Assembly: GCF_006345805.1 (NCBI RefSeq)
Contig: NC_042998.1
Coordinates: 94,488,001 to 94,552,000 of the forward strand
DNA: 64,000 nt
DNA from: Octopus sinensis
Lineage: Eukaryota
Direction of reading: 5' to 3'
Below the pieces are notes generated by a model. The model searched no databases. It saw only the letters and a list, made by a program, of their open reading frames with translations, and was not told the origin of the DNA. A program made the position numbers and the translations under genes. Of this stretch, positions 39,951 to 53,035 are shown piece after piece. Position 1 is the first letter of the stretch, and each line of letters starts with the position of its first letter.

Positions 39951-40330
39951 GCGCAGGAGTGGCTGTGTGATAAGTTTGCTTCCCAACCACATGGTTCCAG
40001 ATTCAGTCCCACTGCGTGGCACCTTGGGCAAGTGTCATCTACTATAGCTTCGGGCTGACCAAAACATTGTGAGTGGATTTGTTAGACAGAAACTGAAAGA
40101 AGTCCAGTGTGTATGTATGTATGTATATATATATATATAAATATATATATATATGTATTTGTGCGTGTGTGTGTCTGTCCTCCCTCCCCACCATCTCTTG
40201 ACAACCGATGTTGGTGTGTTTACGTCTTCCTGTAACTTAACAGTTCGGCAAAAGAGACTAATAGAATAAGTACTAGGCTTACAAAGAATAAGTCCTGGGG
40301 GTCAATTTCTTTGACTAAAGGCAGTGATCT
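39951..40330 (+). mobile_element. Young SINE family A copy, tail type 1 (3'-truncated)
   Basis: Intact head 'gcgcaggagtggctgtgtg...cagtcccactgcgtggcaccttgggcaagtg', CpGs retained. Confidence 0.9.
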
Positions 40331-42579
40331 CATTTGAAATATTCTATCTTTATTTCAGTTAATTTAGAAAATAAGGGTGAGTTTATTAAAATAACTTTGT
40401 CATAATTAGGCTATTGTTTGAAGCATAAATTTCCATGCAATTTTATTGGAAGATTTTAATCAAGATCAATTTAAAACGGGGGGCTTGTACCAATGAACCA
40501 AGGGCAGTTTCAGGCAAGTTAGTCTCAAAAGATATCCTCTTTAACACCATCATCTGGTCCAGGGGTAACTTTGGTGAAGCCCTCTTTATTGCAGGCATAC
40601 ACTTTGGATCTCTGGTCAGGGGATCCCTCCTACCTGTCTGAGATTCTGCAAACTGTTGGAGATGCTGCCTTTCCACCTGATTAAGCAGTTTAAAAATGTG
40701 TTGGTTGGTTGCAGAAGTTTGTATCAGGAAGGGCATCAAAATATTTATGAAGAATCTTTGAATACACAAAGGTGCTTGAGTTATGTAAACCTCTGAAATT
40801 ATATTGTTAATTTCTATTCTGCTTTGAGGTTCTCTTCAGAAAAATATGCTAAGTGAATTCATGTTTGATTATATATGTTAAAATCCTTACATCTTCCCTC
40901 TTATTATTTGTACTGAAAATTATACATCTGACTCAAACAGTACAGACAATCTTTTATCATTTATAATGTATGTATTCTTTTTTTTTTTTATTTGTTGTAA
41001 ATATATTTATTTTAATTAAGTTCTCATAATATGAGAGAAATTACAGGTTTCAAAAAAGAAAAAAGAACATTTAAAACTGTATTTAAAGCACAATTTTTAT
41101 TTCCCAACTTGAAGATATTACGACACATTAAACCCCCTCACAAACACATTTTTCTTCCTTGTTTACTGTGTAAATTACAGCTTATTCCATTAGAAATACC
41201 CCTTTTCAGCCATTAAGGTATCCCCCCCCATGCACTCTGCCATTAAAAAAACAAACAAGAACAAATTAAAACAACTAATAACGAATAGCATATTTGGAAT
41301 AGTAATTTCAGATTTTCCATTAAAAAACTGCAGCTAAATAGTTGTTTCTGATTGAATGATCAAAGTTGTGTGGCTGTCGCTGCTGAGTAACAAACCTGTC
41401 CTGGAAGCATACCACTCACACAAGAATAATTTCTTGTTAGAAATTCTAATCAATCAGCAATTAATTACAAACTTTTTTTCATTTTTATACAAAACAATTT
41501 TTATTAATGGTTTTGTGTAATTGTCAATTCTTTTTCTTTTTCTCACAATTTTATATTTGTTTTTTTAAAAAAATTATTTGTATCCCCCACTCCTAATTAG
41601 TCTTGGAAGCTAAAGGGTGCTTTGAAAAGAACTTATCCTAAATATCCTTAAAGATATCTGCATATGATAATTATTTAAAAACTTTTCATCTATCTTTCAG
41701 ATGATTTAATTCAACTCTTGACTTATTGTTCATCTTGTTGAAATTGTAAAGGCTTTATATATATATACATATATGTGTGTGTGTGTCTATGCACACACAC
41801 ACACACACACACACTCACACACACACACTCATACAGGTGGTCAATGAGGAGGGTTGGAGCTTAATAGACTTGGCTTCAGTTAGAGAGGTGCTGAACAGAA
41901 TCGTATTTCTGGATCTAAATAGTGAATCCAGTTTTATAAATGACTCTTGTTGATGGTTGACATCATTATTGGGGAATGTTGTTTGAATATATGAAGACAA
42001 TCATTTAAAAAATGGGGAAAAAGTAACTTCTATGGTGGTCACTAGTCGCAGAGTAGATTAAAACTAAAAAATTTTTCAAGTAGCTGAAGAGATAGGAGAT
42101 AGAAGAGAAAACAATTTTTTGACATATTCAGTTACATTACTTTGTCAGCGTTTAAAACCTTTGAAAGGGAAGAGAATATTATGATCAGTCTTGTATGTAC
42201 TACTTTAATATGGTATGGTGGTCCTTATAATAAAATTGTAGAGAAGTAAAAGAAGAATGTGGTTGATAAGCAAATGTGTCAAACAGAAAGACATTATTGA
42301 ACTTGGAATAATAAATTATTTATTAATGTAGATCAAGAAGTGAAATGATGGTTTTGAAGTTGAGGACATTAATGACCAAAACTGTCAGGACTGTAGAAAA
42401 TTGCAATGTATAAATTTGATCGCATATCAACTGATGAGACACAAATTGATGCTGCTGAGTGAAGCCTTCAAATTTTTGCAGATATTTGATGTTTCACTGC
42501 TATTCTACTTTAGGAACCATTTAAATTCTAGAAGGGGCATCAAGGACTTCATTTATTATTCATTTTACTAGATCTTGAA

Positions 42580-43130
42580 CCTCATCCGACGACAAGCACC
42601 CATGCCAACCTCCCTTCATTGGACACTAAACTCTGCTTGCGAAGACCTGTTGGGGTGAGTGAAATCGGAATCGAAATTGAACCAATCCTATGACTGGCAC
42701 CCGGCAGTTGCCAGAGCCGCTGGACTGCCTCCTGTGCAGGTGGCAAGTAAAGAAACACCGTTTTGACCCTGTGCTTGAGGAGATCCATTGAGTCATGTAC
42801 ACCAACATCAAAAATCAATGGAAACTGCAGTTGTGATCCCTGTGCCGGTGGCATGTAAAAAGCACCATCCGACCGTGGCCATGCCGGTGGCACGTAAAAA
42901 GCACCAATCCGATCGTGGCCATTGCCAGCCTCGCCTGGCACCTGTGTCGGTGGCATGTAAAAAGCACCCACTACACTCACGGAGTGGTTGGCATTAGGAA
43001 GGGCATCCATCTGAAGAAACATTGCCAGATCAGACTGGAGCCTGGTGTAGCCTTCTGACTTCCCAGATCCCCGGTCGAACCGTCCAACCCATGCTAGCAT
43101 GGAGAACGGACGTTAAACGATGATGATGAT
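42580..43130 (+). mobile_element. Young RTE LINE 3' UTR fragment with tandem hairpin modules
   Basis: 42605-42700 matches the reverse complement of about 10170-10258. Three 'gccggtggca(c/t)gtaaaaagcacc' modules. Ends 'ggacgttaaacgatgatgatgat'. Confidence 0.9.
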
Positions 43131-43804
43131 AGTGACTAGTGTGTGAAATCATGCAAATTGTACAGAACGAGAGTCAAGACGATATGCAGTTTTGATGTAA
43201 TGATTTTGTGTTGAAATGCAATTGGGGTCAGCTTTGTCCTAGGATTGATAACTTGGCAAATATACTTGGTATAGTTTCTATTGCCCTGTCGAATTATTAT
43301 TCAAAAATGTTGTAGAGCAGAGGTAAACATAAGTCAAGCCAGCTAATCTCTTTTGAGTTTTGTTTGGGTATATGAAATTGTAAAAATGAGTATATACATG
43401 CATATATACATATGTACATACATATTTACGTGCACATACACACACATATTTATGTACATTCATTTATCCATCCATCCATCCATTACTTAGTTTACATAGC
43501 TGCTGGTGGCATGAGTTAAATGAGAGAAACATGTTTTTTCTTTTTTTAATTGAATTATTAGTTAAATAAAATACACAAACAAAATATATATTCAAACACT
43601 TATTGAAATAGGGGCTAAGAAGTAGATTATTACATGTGTGTGTGTGTTTGTTTATGTCAAGTTATAAAATCAATTAAGCATTAAACTGAAGAATTCAATA
43701 ATTTTTAGTAGACTACATAATTTTTATATTAACTTTTACAAGTTAAAGATTACCATTGATCTTGAAGTTCTGGTTTACTTGCCTTCAGATTGTAAAAGTA
43801 TATA

Positions 43805-43835
<31 letters not shown>

Positions 43836-44014
43836 TATACTGCTGAAATATTAGATTTTTTTTTCTTTCTAAAATAACAGATCTTTTTGTATGGCTCGTT
43901 GGACTTCGTCAAACTATCCAACCCATGCCAGTATGGAAAATGTATATTAAATGAGGATGAAAGTCACTGTATGATTATGTGTATCCTAAAATTATTGAAC
44001 ATTCAGCAATTAAA

Positions 44015-44420
44015 CTCTCTCTTTTACTTTTTTACTTGTTCCAGTCAGTTGACTGTGGCCATGCTGGAGCACCGCCTTTAATCGAGCAAATCGACCCCAG
44101 GGCTTATTCTTTGTAAGCCTAGTACTTATTCTATCAGTCCCTTTTGCCGAATCGCTAAGTTACGTGGACGTAAACACACCAGCATCGGTTGTCAAGCGAT
44201 GTTGGGGGGACAAAAACAGACACCCCAGCATATACACACACATATATATATACATGTATACAACAGGCTTCTTTCAGTTTCCATTTACCAAATCGACTCA
44301 CAAGGCTTTGGCCTGGGGCTATAGGAGAAGATGCTTGCCCAAGGTGCCACGCAGTGGGACTGAACCCAGAACCATGTGGTTGGTAAGCAAGCTACTTACC
44401 ACACACCCACTCCTACGCCT
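44015..44420 (-). mobile_element. Young full-length SINE family A
   Basis: Complete head, internal microsatellite and tail type 1. CpG-rich. Confidence 0.9.
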
Positions 44421-44423
44421 AAT

Positions 44424-44632
44424 GTAAAAATTGGGTGATAATGGGGTGCCGATTCATGTAAAAACAACAAAATAATGGGTTCATTAGGTTAAGTTTTATT
44501 TGTGAAATACAGTTGCTTTGAATTTGCTTCAGAAAGAAGTCTATGTTTGTGATGGTTAGTTGGGGTGGGGGCACTAGGAATGTGGCCTGGGTGTCAAGGG
44601 GGCGGCAGCCCATAAAAGTTTGGGAACCACTG
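44424..44632. mobile_element. 5'-truncated copy of the hAT MITE at 35968-36248
   Basis: Co-linear with about 36050-36248. Ends 'aagtttgggaaccactg' followed by gtttagag. Confidence 0.8.
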
Positions 44633-45398
44633 GTTTAGAGTGTCATGTACCTCACTATCAAAGAAGTGACAAATGAGATAGTTGGGGTCAGATGTTTGGA
44701 GGCTCATGACTTGGTATGGCAGACTAGACATAGAACCTGTTTTGGTGACTTCTTTTTGGCATTTGGGCATAAAACAAATGTATGTCCATGCAGAAATATA
44801 CAGATAGAATGAGAAAGAGAAAGGGAGATTTTACAATTTATTGATTGAGCATGGTTGACATGAACATTATCCTTCTCCTGAGACTCATAAAGAGAAATAT
44901 ACTTACAAACAGAAAGACAGGGTGGGAGAAAGTGACAGTGACAGAGAATGGCACAAACATTAAAAATGTCTCATGTCAAATGAGTCAGTTTTGAATAAGT
45001 GGATAGGCAGTACCAAATTGGCTGTGCTAAGATATACCTGAAAAGTGAAATGAAACTAACATGCAAGAAAAATGAAAAACTGAAGTGGGTGTCTGTGATA
45101 AAAAAAAAAAAAGAGAAAAAAAGTCCTAACTGAAACCATGCTGAAGTGAAACTACGCAAGTTAAATGTAACATGAAATGAGGAAATTCAGGGTTAATTGT
45201 ATGTCATGATAAGGAGTGCCACCTGAAATGTTAGTCTTTCCATTTCTTCCCTTTTGACATATTTGTTTTCATTGTACACATTCCTTGATTGTTAATGTTA
45301 TGCTTCATTTTTTTCTGCTTGTTCCACCACTTGTTTTTGCTTGTCCAACTTTATGTATTGTTTCTTTCCTGATTTTACTAGTGTGCATTTTATCTATT

Positions 45399-45430
<32 letters not shown>

Positions 45431-46562
45431 ACGTATGCATGTATATACATATGTTTGTGTGTGTGAATGCATCTGTACAAAAGATGGAAATGTATCTTCT
45501 GTATTGTGTATATAACTGAATATTTTACTCAAATCTATATGTTCTTAGAACTCACTAAACTTATCAATATCTATAGACAAGTGTAAGATTTTTTTTGTCA
45601 AACTGTTGTCTCATTGATAAGGTCTTTTGTTAATTTACTTTATTAATGACTACCTCTGTTTCTTGAGTAGTTACTCATGGCAGGTATCTTATAATGGTAT
45701 GTGTGTATACATATGTACCAATACATGTAGACATATTGCATATTTTGCTGTTTCTAATTTACAAATTCCACATTTCTGGCACTCTTTCACGGTTGGTAAC
45801 AGTTCAGCTTTCTTCCGCATACAAGCTGTGTCATTAATGTAGAAAGATTTAAGAGATGCTATAAATTGTCCAAAAGGAATATCAAGGCTAGAAAGATTAA
45901 GTAGACATTTTCTCTTTCTATTTTCTTCCATTACCGTTAGTGAATTAGTGGTATTTCTATTAAAATGGATGTAGTAGTGCAAGAGTACTGCTGAGCACAA
46001 GATCATGAATTCAGGGTTATTATTGAAGTAACTGTGTTGTGTCCCCAGGCAAGGTTCATTACTTCAATGACCCCAATTTACTTGAGTGGTCAGCTGCAAG
46101 AAGGATGGTTTTCCACTGGTAAAAACAATTGAGCTAATAATATGTAAATGTTAAAATCTCATTCACTTTGGTATAGAAAAGTGAGTTAAAAAGTAAATAG
46201 AATGTAAGTTAGTATATTTCCACATTTTCTAGAATTATCTCTACAGTATAAGTATCATTTGTTTTGAAATTTTGCTTTTATTATTTCTGCCATGCAAACT
46301 CTTGAAAATGTTTCCTACTATTACTATAATGTTGCTTTAAATAGTTTGGCACTGTATATCTCATATTTAAAGCTATCCAAAATTTCTTGTAACTTCAAGC
46401 TTTCATTAAAGTTTAATTTCTTCATCCTTTTTCTTCTCCACCTTCCTGGTATTCTGCATTAAATGCGTTTTTTTGTTTTATTATTTCTTATGATAGAATG
46501 CCATTCTTTGGGTGCAATTGATGGTCAATTTGTTGATAAAGGCTGTGTAATATAGATATTAA

Positions 46563-46746
46563 CCATTTAGTATTTAAACCAGCCACATACAGCCAAAATA
46601 TCCTACCTATGGACCCTACACTGGCATTCTAAAAGTAAGCAGTCACAGCATCGAAATCTCAAAGCAGCAAGATAATGCATGATTAATTCAAAAGAATGTG
46701 AATAAATAAGCATTACATTTGACCGAATAATCTAAATGCTAAAGGG
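46563..46746. mobile_element. piggyBac-type MITE
   Basis: TTAA at 46559-46562 and 46747-46750. Ends ccatttagtattt / aaatgctaaaggg. Related copies at 32270-32470, 48950-49070 and 56460-56690. Confidence 0.75.
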
Positions 46747-49700
46747 TTAAAGCTATGAGGTACAATATTGTTCAAGACAGTTGTCAATTTAATTATACTC
46801 CAATTAAATGTGAAATATTTTCTTATCCTAACACATAGTTTGGTTTTGCTAACATGGTGCTTTAATATTTTTTATCTCCATGAATCTGGTATTGGTGTTA
46901 TATTTGTGCTGTGGTTTGACAATATCTTCTCATTACAAGACATGAACACTATTTAAGAATGTGTCAAAAACATTTCAACAATGTTTAATTCTTTAAAAAA
47001 TTTTTTTCTAAATTTGAAACTGATCAGTTGTAGTTGGTATTAAACTGTGATTGCTGTTCATATACAATTGTGATTAGGAAGAATGGGCAAAACTTTATAC
47101 CTTGCAGTATTTATTCTGGCTCTTTGTGCTCTGAGTTCAAATCCATCCAAGATCAATTTTGCTTTCATATTTTCAAAATCAATAAAATAAAGCATCTGGG
47201 ATGATTGACTGCAGGATTTGTTCTATTTTTTGAGGTCTGAGTTCTTGCATGGTGCATTTAATCCATCACTTAGTTTAATGTCACCATTTGATCCTTATGT
47301 GCTTTTTAGTGAAGTCTATTCTGTTGCAATCATTTAGAGCAGGTCTCTTATTTGAGGGTAACTTCCTTCTTTCTTCTTACCATTAAAGACTTTGTAAAGT
47401 GGAGGGGGAAAAATAAAAAGGATGGGGTGCTGTCCTTTTCTTCCTGAGTGGTAAGTAAACAAGAAAAAACTGAGAGATTATTGAGCAAGTATAGACCCTG
47501 ACTTCATCCCTATGTTGATTTTGGTAAGCACTGTCTACTCTATGAATAATGATGTAAATTGTGCCCAGCCACATCTTACCAATTTAATCAACAACTTGAT
47601 TTTCTCAACAGCGGGGCCATGCAGAAGACTCTTGTATCTCTCAGGTTGAGCCAACTTTAAAAGTATTTCTGACTTTAGTTCTGGATACTACAAAGCCATT
47701 AGCATGCTACAAAACTCCCACCTCTGTTTCCAATATGATCAATCCATTCTATGGTACACCTGAATATGTTCAAGTACATTACAACTAGATTCTCTATCTG
47801 TATGCAACATACTACAGAACCATGCTACTGGTTATTTTATTAAGAGTAAGTTTATCCCCTGTATTGCATTTGCACACACACACATACATCATATGGACTG
47901 CACAATATACTCCAGTATATTTTTTCCATGACAGAAGGAACAGTAATAACAAAATTTCATCTTTTAACGAACTTTTTCTTACATGTCTATGTATTTCTCT
48001 AATTGCTTTTTCTTTTTGCTTCAAGAATGTCAAAATACATTTTTTTTAAAAATGTGTGGGAAGTGGATGATTTTACTCAAAGAGTTAAGTATTCTTTTTT
48101 ACTGAACAAAACTAATTAGTATGATTATATACTCTGATGCTTACATTGCATACATACATATATATTGTGTAGATTTATAAACTAGGGGTGTCTCTAAAAT
48201 TCCAAGTTGAACTATCTTTTCTTTGTTATTCTCTCAAGGTATTTTTAAAATTAGTTTACTGCATTTAGAAATATTTGGTCAAATACAAATCAGGCATCAT
48301 TCTGCAAGCAAAGTGAATCATGATTTCTATTACAGGATTTTGAGGACTGAAGCAGTAGAGTATAAGTACAGCTAGTTTCTGCAACAAGTGCTGCTGGGAT
48401 CTAAAATGAGAGTAAACCAGTTTCTAGATCTGTTGATGAATTCAAAAACTATTCCATCTTTATTTACTATGAGTTTGTAAACTTGTCCATGCCTAATCAA
48501 CATGTTTGAAAACAAGAGATACCAAGCAATGAAATGCACTATTAAATGAAGGGAAAGATATAACATGTTATATTAGTGTTGCATGTTTTAAATGATTCAA
48601 TCCAATGGCCACAATATTAAGACCTCAACCTGGCTGACAGTTTCATGTAGGTGCTTTTGTTAAAGGTTTCTTGAATAAAGAACCTCATAGGCAACTGCTG
48701 ACTTGGATAAGTACTTTTCTGTGACACTGCAAACGCACTCACATATACAATGAGCTTCTTCCAGTTTCCATCTACCAAATCCACTCACACACCTGAGGTT
48801 ATACTAGAAGATATTTGCCAAAGGTACCACGTAGTGGGACTGAACCCAGAACCATGTGGTTGGGAAGCAAGCTTCTTACCACACAGCCACAAGTACTCCT
48901 GCATATTTATTCACGGTTTCAAATTTTGCTTTATCTCATAACTTAGAGAGTTTGATGATGTGGTTGTATATTTTTAGAATGACATAGTTGGGTAGGTGTG
49001 AGAGGCTGGTTCTGGCTGGTTTGAACCAGGTTGAATATTTGGGCCGGATATGGCCAGTCTAAATTCTACAGTATTAAAAAAACTAAATTACTCGGTGGAT
49101 CTTTTTTTTTTTTTTTTGTTAGGATAACTGAGCTGAGTTAAATCTGCATGGTCAATAACAGTTTCTTGACTTTCTAGTTATAACATTTCACTTTTGAGAC
49201 AAAACAGATATTTGTCAGATCTTAAGAAGAAGCCTCATGAACTCCAAAAAACTTTAGTGTTTGGCTTATTGGTTCAATGGAATATCTATGTAGACTAGAC
49301 TAGACTTAACAATATTAAGGCATAACCAATGTCTTTTGTCCTGTAATTATACAAAAATAATGTTACTACTGGCTGTTCTATTAATACGCATGTACATGCT
49401 TGCACACACACATACTCTGTAAAAACCAAAGCACCCATTAGTTTTCTTACAGCTGTAATGATTATCTGAAGGAGTGCCAGCCGACATACGGTTGTGCTGG
49501 CTGCCATAGCTAAAAGAGCAGCTAACACAATACGTCTGACAGCAGACAGGAAACATTATTTCTGAAGTAGCGCTGTCTTCTTGTACTTTTCTTGTGTTGT
49601 TCATTTTATTCATTTCTAGTGCATGCAATATTTGCTTACTTCGATGTGTATTATGTCGGCTTATTAAACAATATCTTTAACTGGTGTCATTGTTTGACTC

Positions 49701-50904
49701 TGCTCTTATCCTACCAAATGTCTTCTGGTTTTCTTTTCCTTTCTTTATTTTCTTTCTTTACAAAATCTACTTAACCCAGGCTCTTCTTTCTACTATGTAT
49801 TACAGGCTTTATCTATCATTATTATCATCATTTAGTTTACATGTTTGCATTGAAAAGATTACTCTGAGTTTTCAAAAGGAGCATTTTGATTTTTAGAAGG
49901 CTGTAAAAATCACTATGTGCTTGAGTGTGGGTAAAAGATTACATAATACTATTTATGGTGATGGTAGGGGAGTAGACATGTATCTACTTTACAGTAAGAA
50001 ACCTGTTCCTTTCTCTTCTTTCATATTTTAACCCAGTGGTTTTCAAACATATCTTGCCAGTGGACCCATTTGATTACTATTTTACTCAACTGTAACCCGT
50101 AGCCATTCGATATTTAAAAAAAAATACCTTTATATTTTTATAAGCAACTGTATAAAAATTGTTAAAATATTTTGTGTATCGTAGAAGTGTAATTTATTAC
50201 ACATGAGCTTTAACAACAAAATCTTTTATAGACCCCAGCTGAGAACCTTTCAACACGTAGCATAAAGCTACCCCATTCTCTACTATAAAGGGGTTTTACT
50301 TCTACGCGTTACATAGCAACCTCATTAGTGCAGGTGCCACAAAGAAAACAACCCAGCAACCAGTGCACTCATTACTGTATGCTTTTTGTATGTGTATAAA
50401 ATAGTTCATGACAGGAAGGACACCTTGCCATAGAAACCATGCCAGAGAAGACATTGGACTATGGTGTAGCTCTGTTGAACTGTCTAATTCAGTCAGCATT
50501 AAAAGAAAAAGTGAATATTTGGTTATGATGACGATGATGATGATGAATTTCATTTTCCAGTTTTTCCATGCCAGCATAGGTTAGACAAATATTGTGGCAT
50601 TGTTTAATTGCTGAATGCTCTTCCTGCTGCTAACACTTGTTTTTCAAATAAGAGATTTTTTTTATTCCACAAGTCTTCAAATATAGAAAGCCAGCACGTT
50701 TCTTCACAGGGAAAATGACAACAATGTCACCACTTATAGGTCAGCCATGCATGCATATACTCTTTTGGCTTCCATGGAGCAAGTCCACTCAAACCTTAGG
50801 CTTTAGTTGGACCAGAGCTATTATAGCAAAGTGTAGTGAGACTGAACTTGAAACCACATGATTAAGAAGCAAATTCTTAACCACACAATTATACCCCCTC
50901 TCCC

Positions 50905-51186
50905 AGACAAGGCATAAATAATGGTCATTACATAATCCTTTATTGTAGTAAATTTCACTCATAGCTGTTTCCTGTAGAACCAAGTGGATTGTTCCGCATC
51001 GTTCTCACCAGAACTCAATGACTGATGAGGGTAGCATTAATTCTTGAGGTCGTTCAATTTTTCTTAACCAATCAATGGACTGAGTAAACCAATCAATAAC
51101 AAACCTATAATGACTACTGGAAACAGCTGTAAGTCAAATTTACTATAATAAAGGCTTATGCAATGACCATTATTTATGCCTTGTCT
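50905..51186. repeat. 73-bp inverted repeat with 136-bp spacer (MITE-like fold-back)
   Basis: 50905-50977 vs reverse complement of 51114-51186: 66/73 identical, ungapped (hand alignment). Confidence 0.9.
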
Positions 51187-51870
51187 TGTGGAGACTGGCA
51201 CAAGAATGCATGGAGTGTTTTACTAATGTAAAAAATCTGGTTAGCCTGGTGTATTAACAGAGAGCTTATTAAGTATTTTATTTAGATTGATAATCTCTCA
51301 TTAATAACTATATATATAAAAATATAACAAAAAAAAGTTCGTATTTAAGATATACAATATTTGTTATCCAAATGGCTTCTTTATACACATACACACGCAT
51401 GAATATATGATCTTTGAATTTAAAAGGATATTTATAAAAAAATAAAAAATGTACACAAAAAAAACTATACAAAGAACAATATTTGTTATCCAAATGGCTT
51501 CTTTTCCTCTAGCTCTACTGACCAGATGTAATGTTATTTCTGAACAATTATCAGTGATACACAAACACAAAACACACGTGAGAAAGAGGTAGAAACTGTT
51601 ATTAATTTCTAAAGTTTAAGCTCCACATTTCATCACCAATAAATAAAATTTCTTTTCTTTGTTCCTATTACATTTAATCTGAATTTTTCACTTATGTGGA
51701 TTACCTTTCCAAAGTAATCATCATCATCATATTTTGATTATTAGATTTCTGCTGTAGATAACAGATGCTGAGTAAAATTTATTAGAACTTCTACATATTG
51801 TCATGTTGACCTATTGTTACATTTCTATAGAATTTATATGTGAAAATATAATTTTTTTTGTGTGTATGTG

Positions 51871-51944
<74 letters not shown>

Positions 51945-52389
51945 GATAAATATAGATATACATACACACATATATGATTCAAATATAGAATTAAAAATTT
52001 GAATGTATCCCCAGCTCCTGCCTCTCTTCTCTCCTGTATCAGCAGTTTTATAACTGCTTTCATTCCATTGAAATCTTTATCTACTGTTTATCATGTAGCT
52101 AGCTGTCTCGTGTTGATGAGAAATACTTTAAAATAATCACACTTATAACTTTTGTCATAATGCTATTTTGGAAAACTTTCTGATATTTCAGCTAATATTG
52201 CCTTACTGTTTTCTTCTGGACATATTTTTCAAGACCCTACCTTAAATAAACTTATTTTTCTCCCACTTATTTTTTCTTTATAGTTCAATATTCTTAACTA
52301 GCTTGGTAAATTTTTACTTTCTTACTCCTGTGTCTTATAAAATAATGCCAGTAATATATTATTATTATCGTCATTATTGTTATTATTAT

Positions 52390-53035
52390 TAAGGTAGCGA
52401 CTTGGGAGAATTGTTAGTATGCCAGACAAAATGCTTTGTGGCATTCTTCTGGTTTTATGTTCTAAGTTCAAATTCTGCTATGGTTGACTTTGTCTTTCAT
52501 CTTTTTGGGATTGATGAAATAAGTACCAGCTGAGCACTGGAGTGAATATAACTGACTAGTCTTCATGCCTTGTCCTTAAAGAATTTTAGGCCTTATGTCT
52601 ATATTAGAAAGGGCCATCATAATGTTATTAATATAGCAAGTTGGCAGAATTGTTATTGTGCTGGGTAAAATGCTTACAACTTTGTTTTGAGTTTAAATTC
52701 CACCAGGGTTGACTTTTGCCCTTCATCCTTTTGGGGTCAGTGAAATGAGTACTGGTGTCAATGCAGTTGACTTACCTGCTCCCTCAAAACTGCTGGCCTT
52801 GTGCTAGAATTTGAAAGCATTATTATTATCAACTTGCCCCCTCCCCCCAAATTTCAGGCCTTGTGCCTACAGTAGAAAGGATTATTATTATTAAGGTGAT
52901 GAGCTGGCAGAATCATTAACATGCTGGATAAAATGTAGCATTTTGTCTGCCTTTCATCCTTTTGTGGTCAGTGTAAATGACTAGCTCCCTCCTCTAAAAT
53001 TTCAGACCTTGTGCCTATATGAGAAAGGATTATTA
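52390..53035 (+). mobile_element. Tandem cluster of 3-4 SINE family B copies joined through (ATT)n tails
   Basis: Repeated 'attattattaagg...ggcagaat' heads near 52390, 52635 and 52890, each after an (att)n tail. Confidence 0.75.

Noticed and set aside
39951-40030. tRNA-like heads with A/B boxes
   Set aside because: They are SINE heads continuing into SINE bodies; no complete cloverleaf with terminator, so no tRNA gene was called.
40535-40800. GC-richer block with partly open frames (e.g. QVGGIP*PEI on minus)
   Set aside because: Stops in the informative frames; at best a decayed L1/Tx1-like fragment, too weak to call.
42842-42968. Short direct repeats with spacers resembling a CRISPR array
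   Set aside because: Only 3 units, spacers partly repeated, inside a eukaryotic LINE 3' UTR, no cas genes.
42582-43100. 172-aa minus-strand ORF
   Set aside because: Antisense reading of the RTE 3' UTR; similar pseudo-ORFs recur at other copies (e.g. 9815-10084).
49458-49564. C/D-box snoRNA (ATGATTA...CTGA)
   Set aside because: Imperfect C box, terminal stem out of k-turn register, no C' box.
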